DNA of 64,000 bases from an uncultured Alphaproteobacteria bacterium (GTDB lineage: Bacteria > Bacteroidota > Ignavibacteria > OLB7), in NCBI GenBank assembly GCA_964462535.1, contig CAYWXV010000012.1:16601-80600 (forward strand). The letters run 5' to 3'. Positions 17,160 to 27,860 of this stretch are shown here, piece by piece. The translations under genes were made by a program, and so were the position numbers. The notes beneath the pieces were generated by a model that saw only the letters and a list, made by a program, of their open reading frames with translations, searched no databases and was not told the DNA's origin. The stretch's first letter is position 1. Each line of letters begins with the position of its first letter.

Positions 17160-17720
17160 ATGCCCCTGCACTACGATCGACATACCGACGAAGAACTCTT
17201 CCGCCTTCTGAGTGATGGCGACAAAGATGCGTTCGTGGAGCTCTACGGCCGATATCGGTCCCGTATCTATGCCTACGTCCTCAGAATGCTTGGGGATCGC
17301 GACCGAGCAAACGATGCGTTTCAAGAGACATTCGTCCGGATATACAACTCAGCGCGTGAATCCGGACGGATCGTTGCCAACGTCTCAGCCTACTTCTTCA
17401 CATCCGCGAGGAACGTCTGCCTGAACGCGCTCCGCGATGCGAAACCGACCACCCCGGTCGAAGACTACCATGAGATCGTATTTCAACCTAGCCACGAGAA
17501 CCTGGAGCTGGCTGAACTGGTGAAGCGATCTCTCGAACTCCTTCCTGAACATCTCCGTGAGGCATTTGTACTTCGCGAGTACGACGGGCTGAGCTATCAG
17601 GAAATTTCTGACGTCACCGGACAGGGACTGTCCGCCGTCAAAGTGCACATCTTCAGGGCGAAGGAACGTTTGCGGAAAATACTGACGCCCTATCTGGAGG
17701 AGGCCCGTCCATCGCGGTAG
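17160..17720 (+). CDS. ECF sigma-70 family RNA polymerase sigma factor
   Basis: DKDAFVELYGRY, DAFQETF, YFFTSARNVCLN and REAFVLREYDGLSYQEIS...VKVHIFRAKERLR. Confidence 0.93.
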   Translation: MPLHYDRHTDEELFRLLSDGDKDAFVELYGRYRSRIYAYVLRMLGDRDRANDAFQETFVRIYNSARESGRIVANVSAYFFTSARNVCLNALRDAKPTTPVEDYHEIVFQPSHENLELAELVKRSLELLPEHLREAFVLREYDGLSYQEISDVTGQGLSAVKVHIFRAKERLRKILTPYLEEARPSR

Positions 17721-17773
17721 ATGCGATCGACCGTCGGCCAATCAACACAGACACTCCTTGTGCTGAACGCGAC

Positions 17774-19093
17774 ATGAAGCAGAACGAACTCATACTAGAA
17801 TACCTGGACGGCACACTCGATCCGGCTGCCGAACAGGAACTCTTCGAGACCCTGGCCGGGCAACCTGAACTCCGCACGACACTTCGCGGTTTTGTGCAGA
17901 TAGGGGACGCCGTCCGTGGCGATCGCGAAGCTTTCACGCCGCCGGCAGCGGTGGAGGCTTCGTTGATGCGACGTTTGGGGCTCGCCGCGGTGCCCGGTAA
18001 CTCCACGCGTGGAGCCGGCCTGCTCGCGTTCTTCCGGACCAGGGCATTCGGTCTGGCGGCTGCCTTCCTGCTCGGAGCGCTGTTGACGGCCGGCATCTAC
18101 CGTGTTGCCGTTAGATCCGACATCGCCCAAACCGGGCCGGTAGTCAAGACCACCGGGAGTGACACGCCACGTCGGGCCATCGAGTCTGCACTGAAATCGC
18201 CGAGCACTGTCCCCGCATCCGGCGCGAGCACGATTTCCAGCGAGCAGCAGGTTCCCAAGTCGTCTGCGAACAGTTCCGAGGTGCCGCCGCTTTCTGCGCC
18301 TCAGTCCGCTTCGATTAGTGGAGAGAATCGTTCAACAACAGCGACGACAGTTGTGAATCGCGTCCCCAGGGTGCGAACCACACCCAGCTTGCCGGTAGTT
18401 GCTTTGCAGAATGATGTGGACCAGAACGGCCCACCGCCGCGAAGAGCGTCGCGGGACATTATGAGAAGCTTGTATGGCGATGACTCTGAGCACCTGTTGA
18501 CAACCCGAAACGGCCGACCGCCCGACATCGTCGACCGGTCGACGACCTATCCGCGACTGAATTCGGCGGCCACGCTCGGGATCGATCTCTCTGTCCCCGA
18601 TGAGACGACGCGCGGCGACTGGATCGTTGAACTCCGCCATGGATTTGCTTCCACGGACCTGGAGACTGTGGAGGCGCTCAACCCCTCGACGTCCTGGGTA
18701 GAGGACGGGGCATTGGGGGTCTATCGTCATGTCGGATCCAACGTCGCACTCGGTGTCGAGCTTGGAGCCGAGCGCTACTCGCAGCGAATTCCCCATGTGG
18801 CTGCGGACACAGTCGCGATAGATCAGCGTCCCCTGTACACCTGGGGGGGTGCGGCAGTGAGGTATTTCCCAGGCAGAGTCATTGGACTGGACCCCATGTT
18901 CCAGGGAGGTTTCGGTATCGCTTCGGCCGGGCCCGTGGTGAGAGGCCGATTTGGCCTTTCGCGCGACATTCTATCGGGCTTCAAGGTTGCCCTGGGAGTG
19001 GAGTCGTCCGCACTCATGTATAAGGCGGGCGACGTGCGACAAATCAGCGGGCGGTGGGGGGGATTCGCAGGGCTGGAGGTCATGGTACCATGA
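17774..19093 (+). CDS. Putative dual-membrane-spanning anti-sigma factor (anti-sigma N-terminus, TM, S/P/T-rich linker, C-terminal beta-barrel)
   Basis: LILEYLDGTLD..EQELF (anti-sigma-like start), one TM (AFGLAAAFLLGALLTAGIY), ~170 aa low-complexity linker, and ~160 aa of alternating beta-strands; lies directly after the ECF sigma. Confidence 0.65.
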   Translation: MKQNELILEYLDGTLDPAAEQELFETLAGQPELRTTLRGFVQIGDAVRGDREAFTPPAAVEASLMRRLGLAAVPGNSTRGAGLLAFFRTRAFGLAAAFLLGALLTAGIYRVAVRSDIAQTGPVVKTTGSDTPRRAIESALKSPSTVPASGASTISSEQQVPKSSANSSEVPPLSAPQSASISGENRSTTATTVVNRVPRVRTTPSLPVVALQNDVDQNGPPPRRASRDIMRSLYGDDSEHLLTTRNGRPPDIVDRSTTYPRLNSAATLGIDLSVPDETTRGDWIVELRHGFASTDLETVEALNPSTSWVEDGALGVYRHVGSNVALGVELGAERYSQRIPHVAADTVAIDQRPLYTWGGAAVRYFPGRVIGLDPMFQGGFGIASAGPVVRGRFGLSRDILSGFKVALGVESSALMYKAGDVRQISGRWGGFAGLEVMVP

Positions 19094-19824
19094 CACTGAG
19101 ACCAGCGTTCGGTCCGTTCCTTCTGTCGCTGATCGCGCTGCTTCTACCGGCCTGCGACAACGTCTCCGTCGACAAGGAGACCGCGAACGCCGTTCTGCGC
19201 GAGCGGGACACAATCGTTTCGCCACCCGACACCATCGTAATTGTTCGCGACTCGATCGTGGAGATTGTTGAGCATGACACAACGATCATAACGGAGCACG
19301 ACACAGTCAGAATCGTTGTGCGCGACACTGTTCGCATTGACACTCGCGGACGCGAATGGGAGGGTGGGCTTGTCCTGTTCAATCCGTCACTCGCGGGCGA
19401 GGTCTTGATCGACTCGCTTGCCTCGTATGTGCGGATCAGAATTGATGGCGGCTTGCCAAGGTCTATGGACCTCGTACTTCTGGCCCGGTCGGCAGAACGA
19501 CCGAAGCCCCCTCCGTTCCGAACACCGTCGTGGATTCATCTCGCGGTCACCGGCTACTCCTTCTCGCCTTCCACCGTCGTGCCCCTTACGGCCGATCCCG
19601 CTCGAACGACGTCGGGAAATGGCATGGGTGTGTTGTTCCGGTCAGAGGAGAGTGAGCAGGTCCGTTGGTTCTCCACCGTCGACCGGAGCACCGGGAATAT
19701 CAAGGCGACGGTCGATCCCACTCTCCGGCGTATCGGTATCTCGGCGTCCGGAACGTTTTTCATTGCGGACTCAGCGTCACCGACGGTCAAGGTCGACAGT
19801 CTGTGGGCTGTTGTGAGATACTAG
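19090..19824 (+). CDS. Hypothetical lipoprotein with (R/H)DT(I/V) repeats
   Basis: ATGA overlap with the previous stop, lipobox LLPAC, and repeats RDTIV/PDTIV/RDSIV/HDTTI/HDTVR/RDTVR. Confidence 0.7.
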   Translation: MTLRPAFGPFLLSLIALLLPACDNVSVDKETANAVLRERDTIVSPPDTIVIVRDSIVEIVEHDTTIITEHDTVRIVVRDTVRIDTRGREWEGGLVLFNPSLAGEVLIDSLASYVRIRIDGGLPRSMDLVLLARSAERPKPPPFRTPSWIHLAVTGYSFSPSTVVPLTADPARTTSGNGMGVLFRSEESEQVRWFSTVDRSTGNIKATVDPTLRRIGISASGTFFIADSASPTVKVDSLWAVVRY

Positions 19825-20134
19825 CTTGCGGGAACGGTGTCAGTCGTCCTCGTTACGTGCGCTCAAGGCGTGCAGCCGAATCCATGGCGTTCGACCGATG
19901 GATCAGCGGAACGGCGTTGCGCCTCATGATGGGTGTGATCCCCTGGACCCAGGCGGCAGGTGGTTTGGTCGGAGCGTACGTAGCGTTCACGTTATGCTGC
20001 GCAGAGACGAGCGAAGAATGTGTACCGGAGGCGCGCCGCGGTGAGAGATGAGGATCGCAACGTAGAGATCGCGCGCATGTAACGATCCTCCGGTACGACG
20101 CGTGTCCTGCCCCCTTCCGGCAGGTTGCCACACA

Positions 20135-20167
20135 TATGTTTGCAGATTCCGTTTCCCTGTATCTTTG
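20135..20167 (+). promoter_or_regulatory. Tandem Bacteroidota-type -7 promoter boxes
   Basis: TATGTTTGCAG (20135) and TATCTTTGCAG (20160), upstream of ATG 20229. Confidence 0.6.
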
Positions 20168-20228
20168 CAGGTCCTCTCGTGAGAGAGTCGACACGTAGCA
20201 TCATCACCACAATCGAGCCGAGGTTACC

Positions 20229-20948
20229 ATGGGTACCACCACGAAGGCCGTCCGCCGCGACTGTCTTGTTGTCCACATTTCCACAGATGTTGAGCTGAAT
20301 CGTGTCCTGCAACAGGGATTCTATCGCATTCCCGAACGACGACTTGGGCGCGTTCTAGGAGAGCGCGCTCTGGAGGAATCCGATCTGATAGCATTCTACC
20401 AGGGAGCCGGTACATCTGCCGGGCTTGCCGGTGCCATCGAGTATGTGGCACCGATCAAAGGGAAGGAGAGGCTTTTCAGGCGTGACATCCTTCCGACGGA
20501 GCCGGGACATCCCCACGCGGACGATTCATACATCGTTCTACGCCTCGGTCGCCGCCGACGTTTGCCGCGGCCGATCGTCTCTGCCAGACCGCGACGTTTC
20601 ACATTCCTTAGAACGACGCGTCGTCGTATCCGGCACGCGGCGACGTTAAGTGATCTTATCGTCGGGACTCCAGAAGAGGAGAGATTATGGAAACGACTGA
20701 AGGAGAGCTCAGGCGTCGTCAAGGAAGCCGAGATGGAGCGCCGTTGGCTGGTCCGTGCCGGGGACACGACGATGGAGGTGTCGATCGCACTGTTCCACGG
20801 TAACGATCGCGTCGCATTGGTCCGCGACGGAGCCGACGAGGCCTGGATGCGTGGCGCGGGATGGCGGGTGGTGAGCTTCTCCCCCGTCACGGCGGACGAC
20901 CAGGTTCTAGCCGTAGTCGAGTCCCTGCTGCTGGGTCACCCCTCGTGA
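20229..20948 (+). CDS. PUA/EVE-like N-terminal domain plus degenerate DUF559-like endonuclease domain
   Basis: FYRIP...IAFYQ...AIEYVA...RRDILPTEPGHPHA...Y...LG....LPRPI.S.R.RRFTFLRTT...A..LSDL...PEEERLWKRLK...ERRW...GWRVVSF; family recalled by eye, not searched. Confidence 0.55.
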   Translation: MGTTTKAVRRDCLVVHISTDVELNRVLQQGFYRIPERRLGRVLGERALEESDLIAFYQGAGTSAGLAGAIEYVAPIKGKERLFRRDILPTEPGHPHADDSYIVLRLGRRRRLPRPIVSARPRRFTFLRTTRRRIRHAATLSDLIVGTPEEERLWKRLKESSGVVKEAEMERRWLVRAGDTTMEVSIALFHGNDRVALVRDGADEAWMRGAGWRVVSFSPVTADDQVLAVVESLLLGHPS

Positions 20949-21018
20949 GCGGGTGACGCGGGGGCCCGGAAACCGAGTCTATAGCGCGCGGAGGCAATTT
21001 TTTTTTGTCGGAATTCGG

Positions 21019-21037
21019 ACACAATACCGGATTGTGT
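21019..21037. promoter_or_regulatory. Perfect inverted repeat (candidate operator) upstream of the act-cox operon
   Basis: ACACAAT-accgg-ATTGTGT. Confidence 0.35.
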
Positions 21038-21238
21038 GTACATTAGGCGCCGTGAAAAACGACCCCCCCCGCCGGACGGTCCTCGTCCTGGGGGTCTTAT
21101 TACGCCTCATCCTTGCCTCTGCACGACATTCTCATCTCCTGATCCGCACGTCGAAGCGTCGCTTCGTGACATTGAAGTAGTGGCGTGACCGACAGGGCGG
21201 AGCATCGAGGTGGCAACCATATCTGAAGAACCGGCACA

Positions 21239-21895
21239 ATGGCCCAACTCTTCAAACCGATATCCAACATCCTTGCTCGGTTGAGCATCGTCGGCGGCGG
21301 ACTCCTGGCATTCGGCGGACTTTTTCTGCTCAACCAGGCCTTCCGCTCGGACTTCGTAACGCTTGCCGACGTCGTCCGGGAACAGCCGGTTCCTTTCAGT
21401 CATGAGCACCACGTTCGTGGGCTTGGGATTGACTGCCGCTACTGTCACACGTCGGTGGAGTTCTCCAGCGTGGCGGGTATTCCCCCCACGGAGACCTGCA
21501 TGAGTTGTCATTCGCAGATCTGGACGAATGCCGCAATTCTTGAGCCGGTGCGATCGAGCTTCAAGACCGGGCAGCCGCTTCGATGGAATCGGGTGCACGA
21601 TCTTCCCGATTTCGTCTACTTCAACCACAGCATCCACATCAACAAGGGCATTGGCTGCGAAAGCTGTCATGGTCGTGTCGATCAGATGCCGTTGATGAGA
21701 GCGGGAAGTCCGCTGCAAATGGCTTGGTGTCTGGACTGTCATCGCGATCCCGCCAAGAATATCCGTCCGAAGGATCAGGTTTTCACGATGGGCTACAAGC
21801 CAGCGGAGAGCCAGGCAACGCTTGGACCGAAGCTGGTCAAGGAATACAACGTCAACGTCAGGCAGCTCACGAACTGTTCGATTTGCCATCGCTAA
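21239..21895 (+). CDS. actA: Alternative complex III pentaheme cytochrome c subunit
   Basis: Five CxxCH motifs (CRYCH, CMSCH, CESCH, CLDCH, CSICH), QPVPFSHEHH and LPDFVYFNHSIH. Confidence 0.93.
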   Translation: MAQLFKPISNILARLSIVGGGLLAFGGLFLLNQAFRSDFVTLADVVREQPVPFSHEHHVRGLGIDCRYCHTSVEFSSVAGIPPTETCMSCHSQIWTNAAILEPVRSSFKTGQPLRWNRVHDLPDFVYFNHSIHINKGIGCESCHGRVDQMPLMRAGSPLQMAWCLDCHRDPAKNIRPKDQVFTMGYKPAESQATLGPKLVKEYNVNVRQLTNCSICHR

Positions 21896-24800
21896 TGACG
21901 AACGAGATACACCTTAGCAACGGCGCCGCGCCGCCGGAAGAAGGAAGGATGGGTGAAGGGTTGGACGCCGCAAACGGGGAACTTCGAATCCTGACGGAGA
22001 GCGAGTCCCCCGTTGTCTATCAAGACCCCGCATTCGACATCGAAGCGCTTCGACAAAAGGTTGCCGAACGCTCCGGTCGCGAGTACTGGAGGGGGCTTGA
22101 TGAGCTTGCGGAGACGCCGGAGTTCCAGGCGCTTCTGGAGAAGGAATTCCCCGATGGCGCCGCTGAATGGAACGACCCCGTAGGGAGACGTCACTTCATG
22201 AAACTCATGGGTGCGTCGGTCATGCTTGCCGGTATCGGCGCATGCACGCGTCAGCCCGAAGAAAAGATTCTTCCCTATGTAAAGGCGCCCGAGCAGTTCA
22301 TTCCGGGACGGCCGATATACTTCGCAACGGCGATGCCTCTTGCCGGATACGGCACAGGATTGCTTATCGAGAGCCACACCGGGCGCCCCACGAAAGTGGA
22401 GGGGAACCCCGACCACCCTGCGAGTCTTGGAGCAACGGACTCGTTTGCCCAGGCCTCTGTCCTCCAGCTGTACGACCCGGATCGATCGCAGACCATCCGG
22501 AACAAGGGGACGTTCTCAACCTGGGAGAAGTTCACGGCGGCCGTTAGTGATATGGTCAGCACGTGGAAGAGCAATGGTGGGGAAGGACTCCGCATAGTAA
22601 CCGAGACCGTTTCGTCGCCGACGATGGCCGGTCAGATGAACACGCTGCTGGCAAAGTATCCGAACGCGAAGTGGATCCAGTATGACCCGGTCTCGCGTGA
22701 CAACGTCCGTGACGGGGCAAAGCTCGCGTTTGGGGAGTATGTAGAGACAACCTACCGGTTTGGCAGCGCGGAGGTCGTCCTCTCCATCGATTCGGATTTC
22801 CTGCTGCAGATGCCGGGGAGCGTCCGCTACGCCCGCGACTTCGTGGCGAAGCGGAAGGTGACTAACGGTTCGACCACCATGAACCGCCTTTACGCGCTCG
22901 AGTGCTCGCCCACGATTACCGGTGCGAACGCGGATCACCGCAAGGGACTGAAGCCCTCTGCGTTGGAGGGCGTCTTCTGGAGAATTGCCGCTGATCTTGG
23001 AGTCTCCACGCCCGCGGGGGCGACGCCTGCCCAGGGGGACAAGTGGACCGAGGCCGTTGTTCGCGATCTGAAGAAGAACAGCGGGAAGTCGATTGTCGTA
23101 CCTGGCGACCATATGTCGCCGGCCATTCATGCGGCCTGTCACGCAATCAACGCTGCTCTCATGAACGCAGGAACAACCGTCGTCTATACGGCGCCGGTTG
23201 AAGCGGCACCGCAAAATCAAATGGCGGCCCTGAAGGACCTTGCTGCGGAGATGGCGGCAAAGAAGGTTTCGACGCTTGTCGTCATTGGAGCCAATCCTGT
23301 CTTCACTGCCCCGGCCGACTTGAAGTTCGGAGACGCGATCCGAAACGTGCCGAACGTGATTCATATGGGACTCTATGCCGACGAGACGGCATACTTCGCA
23401 CAGTGGCACATTCCGGCGCTTCACTACCTGGAGGATTGGAGTGACGTCCGTGCGTTCGACGGCACGGTGTCGATCGTGCAGCCGTTGATCGCGCCGATGT
23501 ACTATGGCCACTCGGCTCATGAGCTTCTCGCAACGATGATCGCGCAGTCGGGCGGACCGACATCTGCGTACGACATCGTCCGTGCGTCATTCCAGGGTCC
23601 GGGAGCGAAGGCTGCTCCCGCAGTTGCCGACACTGCGGCAGCCGCGCCAGCACCCGCAGCGCCAGCACCGGCTGCTACTCCTGCGCCTGCCGCAACTCCT
23701 GCCGCCGCTCCGGGAGCACCTGCGCCGGGAGCACCCGCCCCGGTCGCCGCGCCTGCTGCGGGAATGGAAGCCGCATGGGCGAACGCCCTGCATGACGGTG
23801 TCGTTGAAGGGACGGCCCTCCCAGCGCTCAGCCCCACGTTGGACGCGACCTGGTCATCACGCGCTCAGATCGCGAAGGTTGATGGGAGTGGGATGGAGCT
23901 TGTCCTGCGCGCCGACACGACGATCTATGATGGTCGGTTCGCCAACCTGGGATGGCTCCAGGAACTGCCGAAGTCGATGACCCTCCTCACATGGGAGAAC
24001 GCGCTCCTTCTTGCTCCTTCGGACGCCGAGCGGCAGGGGCTGGGGAATGGCGATGTGGTCAAGGTGACAATGGGTGGCGGTTCGGTAGATGTACCTATCT
24101 GGATCACTCCTGGACAGCCAGCCGGAAGCTGCACGCTCAACTTTGGCTACGGACGCGTTCATGGCGGCCGCGTAGCCAATGGGACGGGGGTGAACGCCTA
24201 CGTTCTGCGCACGACGGCTGCCCCGTGGTGCGGCGTGGCAACAGTTGCGCCGACGGGTGACCACATTCCCCTGGCCACGACGCAGACGCATCACAGCATG
24301 GAAGGGCGTGATATCGTCCGTGGCGGAACAATCGACGATTACGTCAAGAGCCCGACGAAGGTCAACAAGCCGGCCGGTGTCGGTACACATGCCGAACCGG
24401 ACGCGAAGCCGCCCGAACTGGAGGACTCGTTCTACCCCGACTGGCCCTATGAAGAGGCCGCTTGGGGTATGACGATCGATCTGACGTCGTGCATCGGCTG
24501 CAACGCGTGTATGATCGCGTGCCAGTCGGAGAACAACATTGCCGTGGTCGGCAAGGAACAGGTGTTGAAGCATCGCGAGATGCACTGGATCCGCGTAGAC
24601 CGCTACTACTCTGGCGATCTGGATCAGCCACATTCTGACTTCCAGCCGGTTCCATGCATGCAGTGTGAGAACGCTCCGTGCGAGCCGGTCTGCCCTGTTG
24701 GAGCAACCGTGCATGGTGATGAGGGGCTGAACGACATGGTTTACAACCGCTGCGTCGGCACTCGGTACTGCTCGAACAACTGTCCCTACAAGGTTCGTCG

Positions 24801-25169
24801 CTTCAACTATCTCCTCTTCAGCGATCTGGAAACGGAGTCGTTGAAACTTGGACGCAACCCGGATGTGACCGTTCGAAGCCGCGGTGTGATGGAGAAGTGC
24901 ACCTATTGCGTTCAGCGTATCAATCACGCCAGAATCGAGGCCAAGAAGGACGGACGCGATGTCGCCGATGGCGAGATCGTCACCGCCTGCCAGCAGGTCT
25001 GTCCCACCGAGGCCATCGCCTTCGGCAATATCAATGACCCGAAGAGCCAGGTGGCTGCGATGAAGAAGCATCCGCTGAACTACAGTCTCCTTGCCGATCT
25101 GAACACGCGTCCCAGGACGACCTATCTGGCGCGGCTCCGTAATCCGAATCCCGAACTGGAGGGTGTTGC

Positions 25170-25173
<4 letters not shown>
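21895..25173 (+). CDS. actB: Alternative complex III subunit B (molybdopterin-oxidoreductase-like domain plus 4Fe-4S domain)
   Basis: [10 protein letters not shown], Tat [10 protein letters not shown] with lipobox [45 protein letters not shown] and CTYCVQRI; start overlaps the actA stop (TAATG). Confidence 0.93.
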
Positions 25174-26561
<1,388 letters not shown>

Positions 26562-26582
26562 GAGACCGCAGAGGATCAACAC

Positions 26583-27134
26583 ATGTCGTACACAACAGCC
26601 GACGCTCCTGCGATCTACGGAATGATGGCGGAGTTCGAGACTCCCGAGGCTCTCGTGGCCGCGGCGAAGAAAACGGAGCAGGCCGGGTATACGGTCTACG
26701 ATGCATACACGCCATTTCCCGTTGAAGAACTGGAGGACGCTGTCCCCCGTTCGGGCCCCTATGTCGGGCTGCTTGTTCTGATCGGTGGGCTCAGTGGCGT
26801 TCTTCTTGGCTTTCTGATGGAGGCCTACCTTGCGGGGGAGTATTACCCCATCAATGTGGGTGGGCGACCACTCCTCAGCTGGCCTGCATTCATCCCCGTG
26901 GCCTACGAGTGCGGGATTCTACTGGCATCGTTCAGCGCCGTCTTTGGTATGCTGGGTCTGAACGGATTCCCGATGCCATATCATCCGGTCTTTAACATCG
27001 AGCAGTTCGAGCGGGCCTCGCTCGACCGGTTCTTCCTGACGATTGAGTCGGCCGATCCAAAATTCGATCAGGCGGACACAACCCAGTTCCTCCAGGGACT
27101 GGGAGCTGCATCGGTCGTGCAGGTACCTGCCTAG
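26583..27134 (+). CDS. actD: Alternative complex III subunit D (DUF3341)
   Basis: DAYTPFPVEEL, YPINVGGRPLLSWPAFIPVAYE and DRFFLTIE. Confidence 0.93.
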   Translation: MSYTTADAPAIYGMMAEFETPEALVAAAKKTEQAGYTVYDAYTPFPVEELEDAVPRSGPYVGLLVLIGGLSGVLLGFLMEAYLAGEYYPINVGGRPLLSWPAFIPVAYECGILLASFSAVFGMLGLNGFPMPYHPVFNIEQFERASLDRFFLTIESADPKFDQADTTQFLQGLGAASVVQVPA

Positions 27135-27229
27135 GGAACTGGAGTCGATCCAAATGGAACGACCCCGGAAATGGATCGATTGACACAGGCAAATCCAACA
27201 GCAACCCGACAACACAGGACACCCAGTCC

Positions 27230-27856
27230 ATGTCATTGTTCGCATTCATACATCGTCGAAGCCGGATCGCAGCAGGGATGGCTCTTGCCGCCGTTGCGAT
27301 TTCCGTCGGTGGTTGTCGACTTGAGATGTACGACCAGCCGAAGGTGCGAGGGTATCGCGCCAGCAACTTCTTTGCTGACAGCCAGGGTGTACGACCGCAG
27401 GTGGAGGGGACTGTTGCGCGAGAGAGTGCGTGGCCGACTCGCTTCAAGCCGACCGCCGGGTTCGATGCCAACATGCGCTCGAAGCCAGGCGTCGCCGCGA
27501 TTCCAGCCGATAGCTCAAATCCATATGCACTGACGAAAGAGTTTCTTGTTCGCGGACACGAGCGCTTCAACATCTACTGCTCCCCGTGCCACGGGCGTCT
27601 TGGGGATGGTCAGGGGATGATTGTGAAGCGTGGTATGCCGACGCCGCCAACGTATCACTCCGAGCGCCTCCGGACCGTCAAGGATGCCTACATCTATGAC
27701 GTCATCACGAACGGATTCGGCCGGATGTACGGTTACGCATCGAGGATCTCGTCGGAAGATCGCTGGGCAATTATCGCCTACGTCCGCACGTTGCAGTTCA
27801 GCCAGAACGCTCCGAAGGAGTACATGGCCGAGTCTACCGGAACCACTTCGAAGTAA
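27230..27856 (+). CDS. actE: Alternative complex III monoheme cytochrome c lipoprotein
   Basis: Lipobox VGGC, EMYDQPK, CSPCHG, and YDVITNGFGRM..YA..I..EDRWAI..YVR. Confidence 0.92.
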   Translation: MSLFAFIHRRSRIAAGMALAAVAISVGGCRLEMYDQPKVRGYRASNFFADSQGVRPQVEGTVARESAWPTRFKPTAGFDANMRSKPGVAAIPADSSNPYALTKEFLVRGHERFNIYCSPCHGRLGDGQGMIVKRGMPTPPTYHSERLRTVKDAYIYDVITNGFGRMYGYASRISSEDRWAIIAYVRTLQFSQNAPKEYMAESTGTTSK

Positions 27857-27860
27857 CGTG

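Noticed and set aside
19826-20228. Short ORFs in the gap after the ECF operon (19826-20044, 19853-20194, 19992-20312)
   Set aside because: They show no recognisable motifs, atypical composition and mutual overlap; the 3' part of the gap holds promoter boxes.
27145-27179. TCGATCCA...TGGATCGA stem between actD and actE
   Set aside because: It has a large loop and no U-tract. It could be an mRNA stability element, but a single 8-bp stem is not enough to call.
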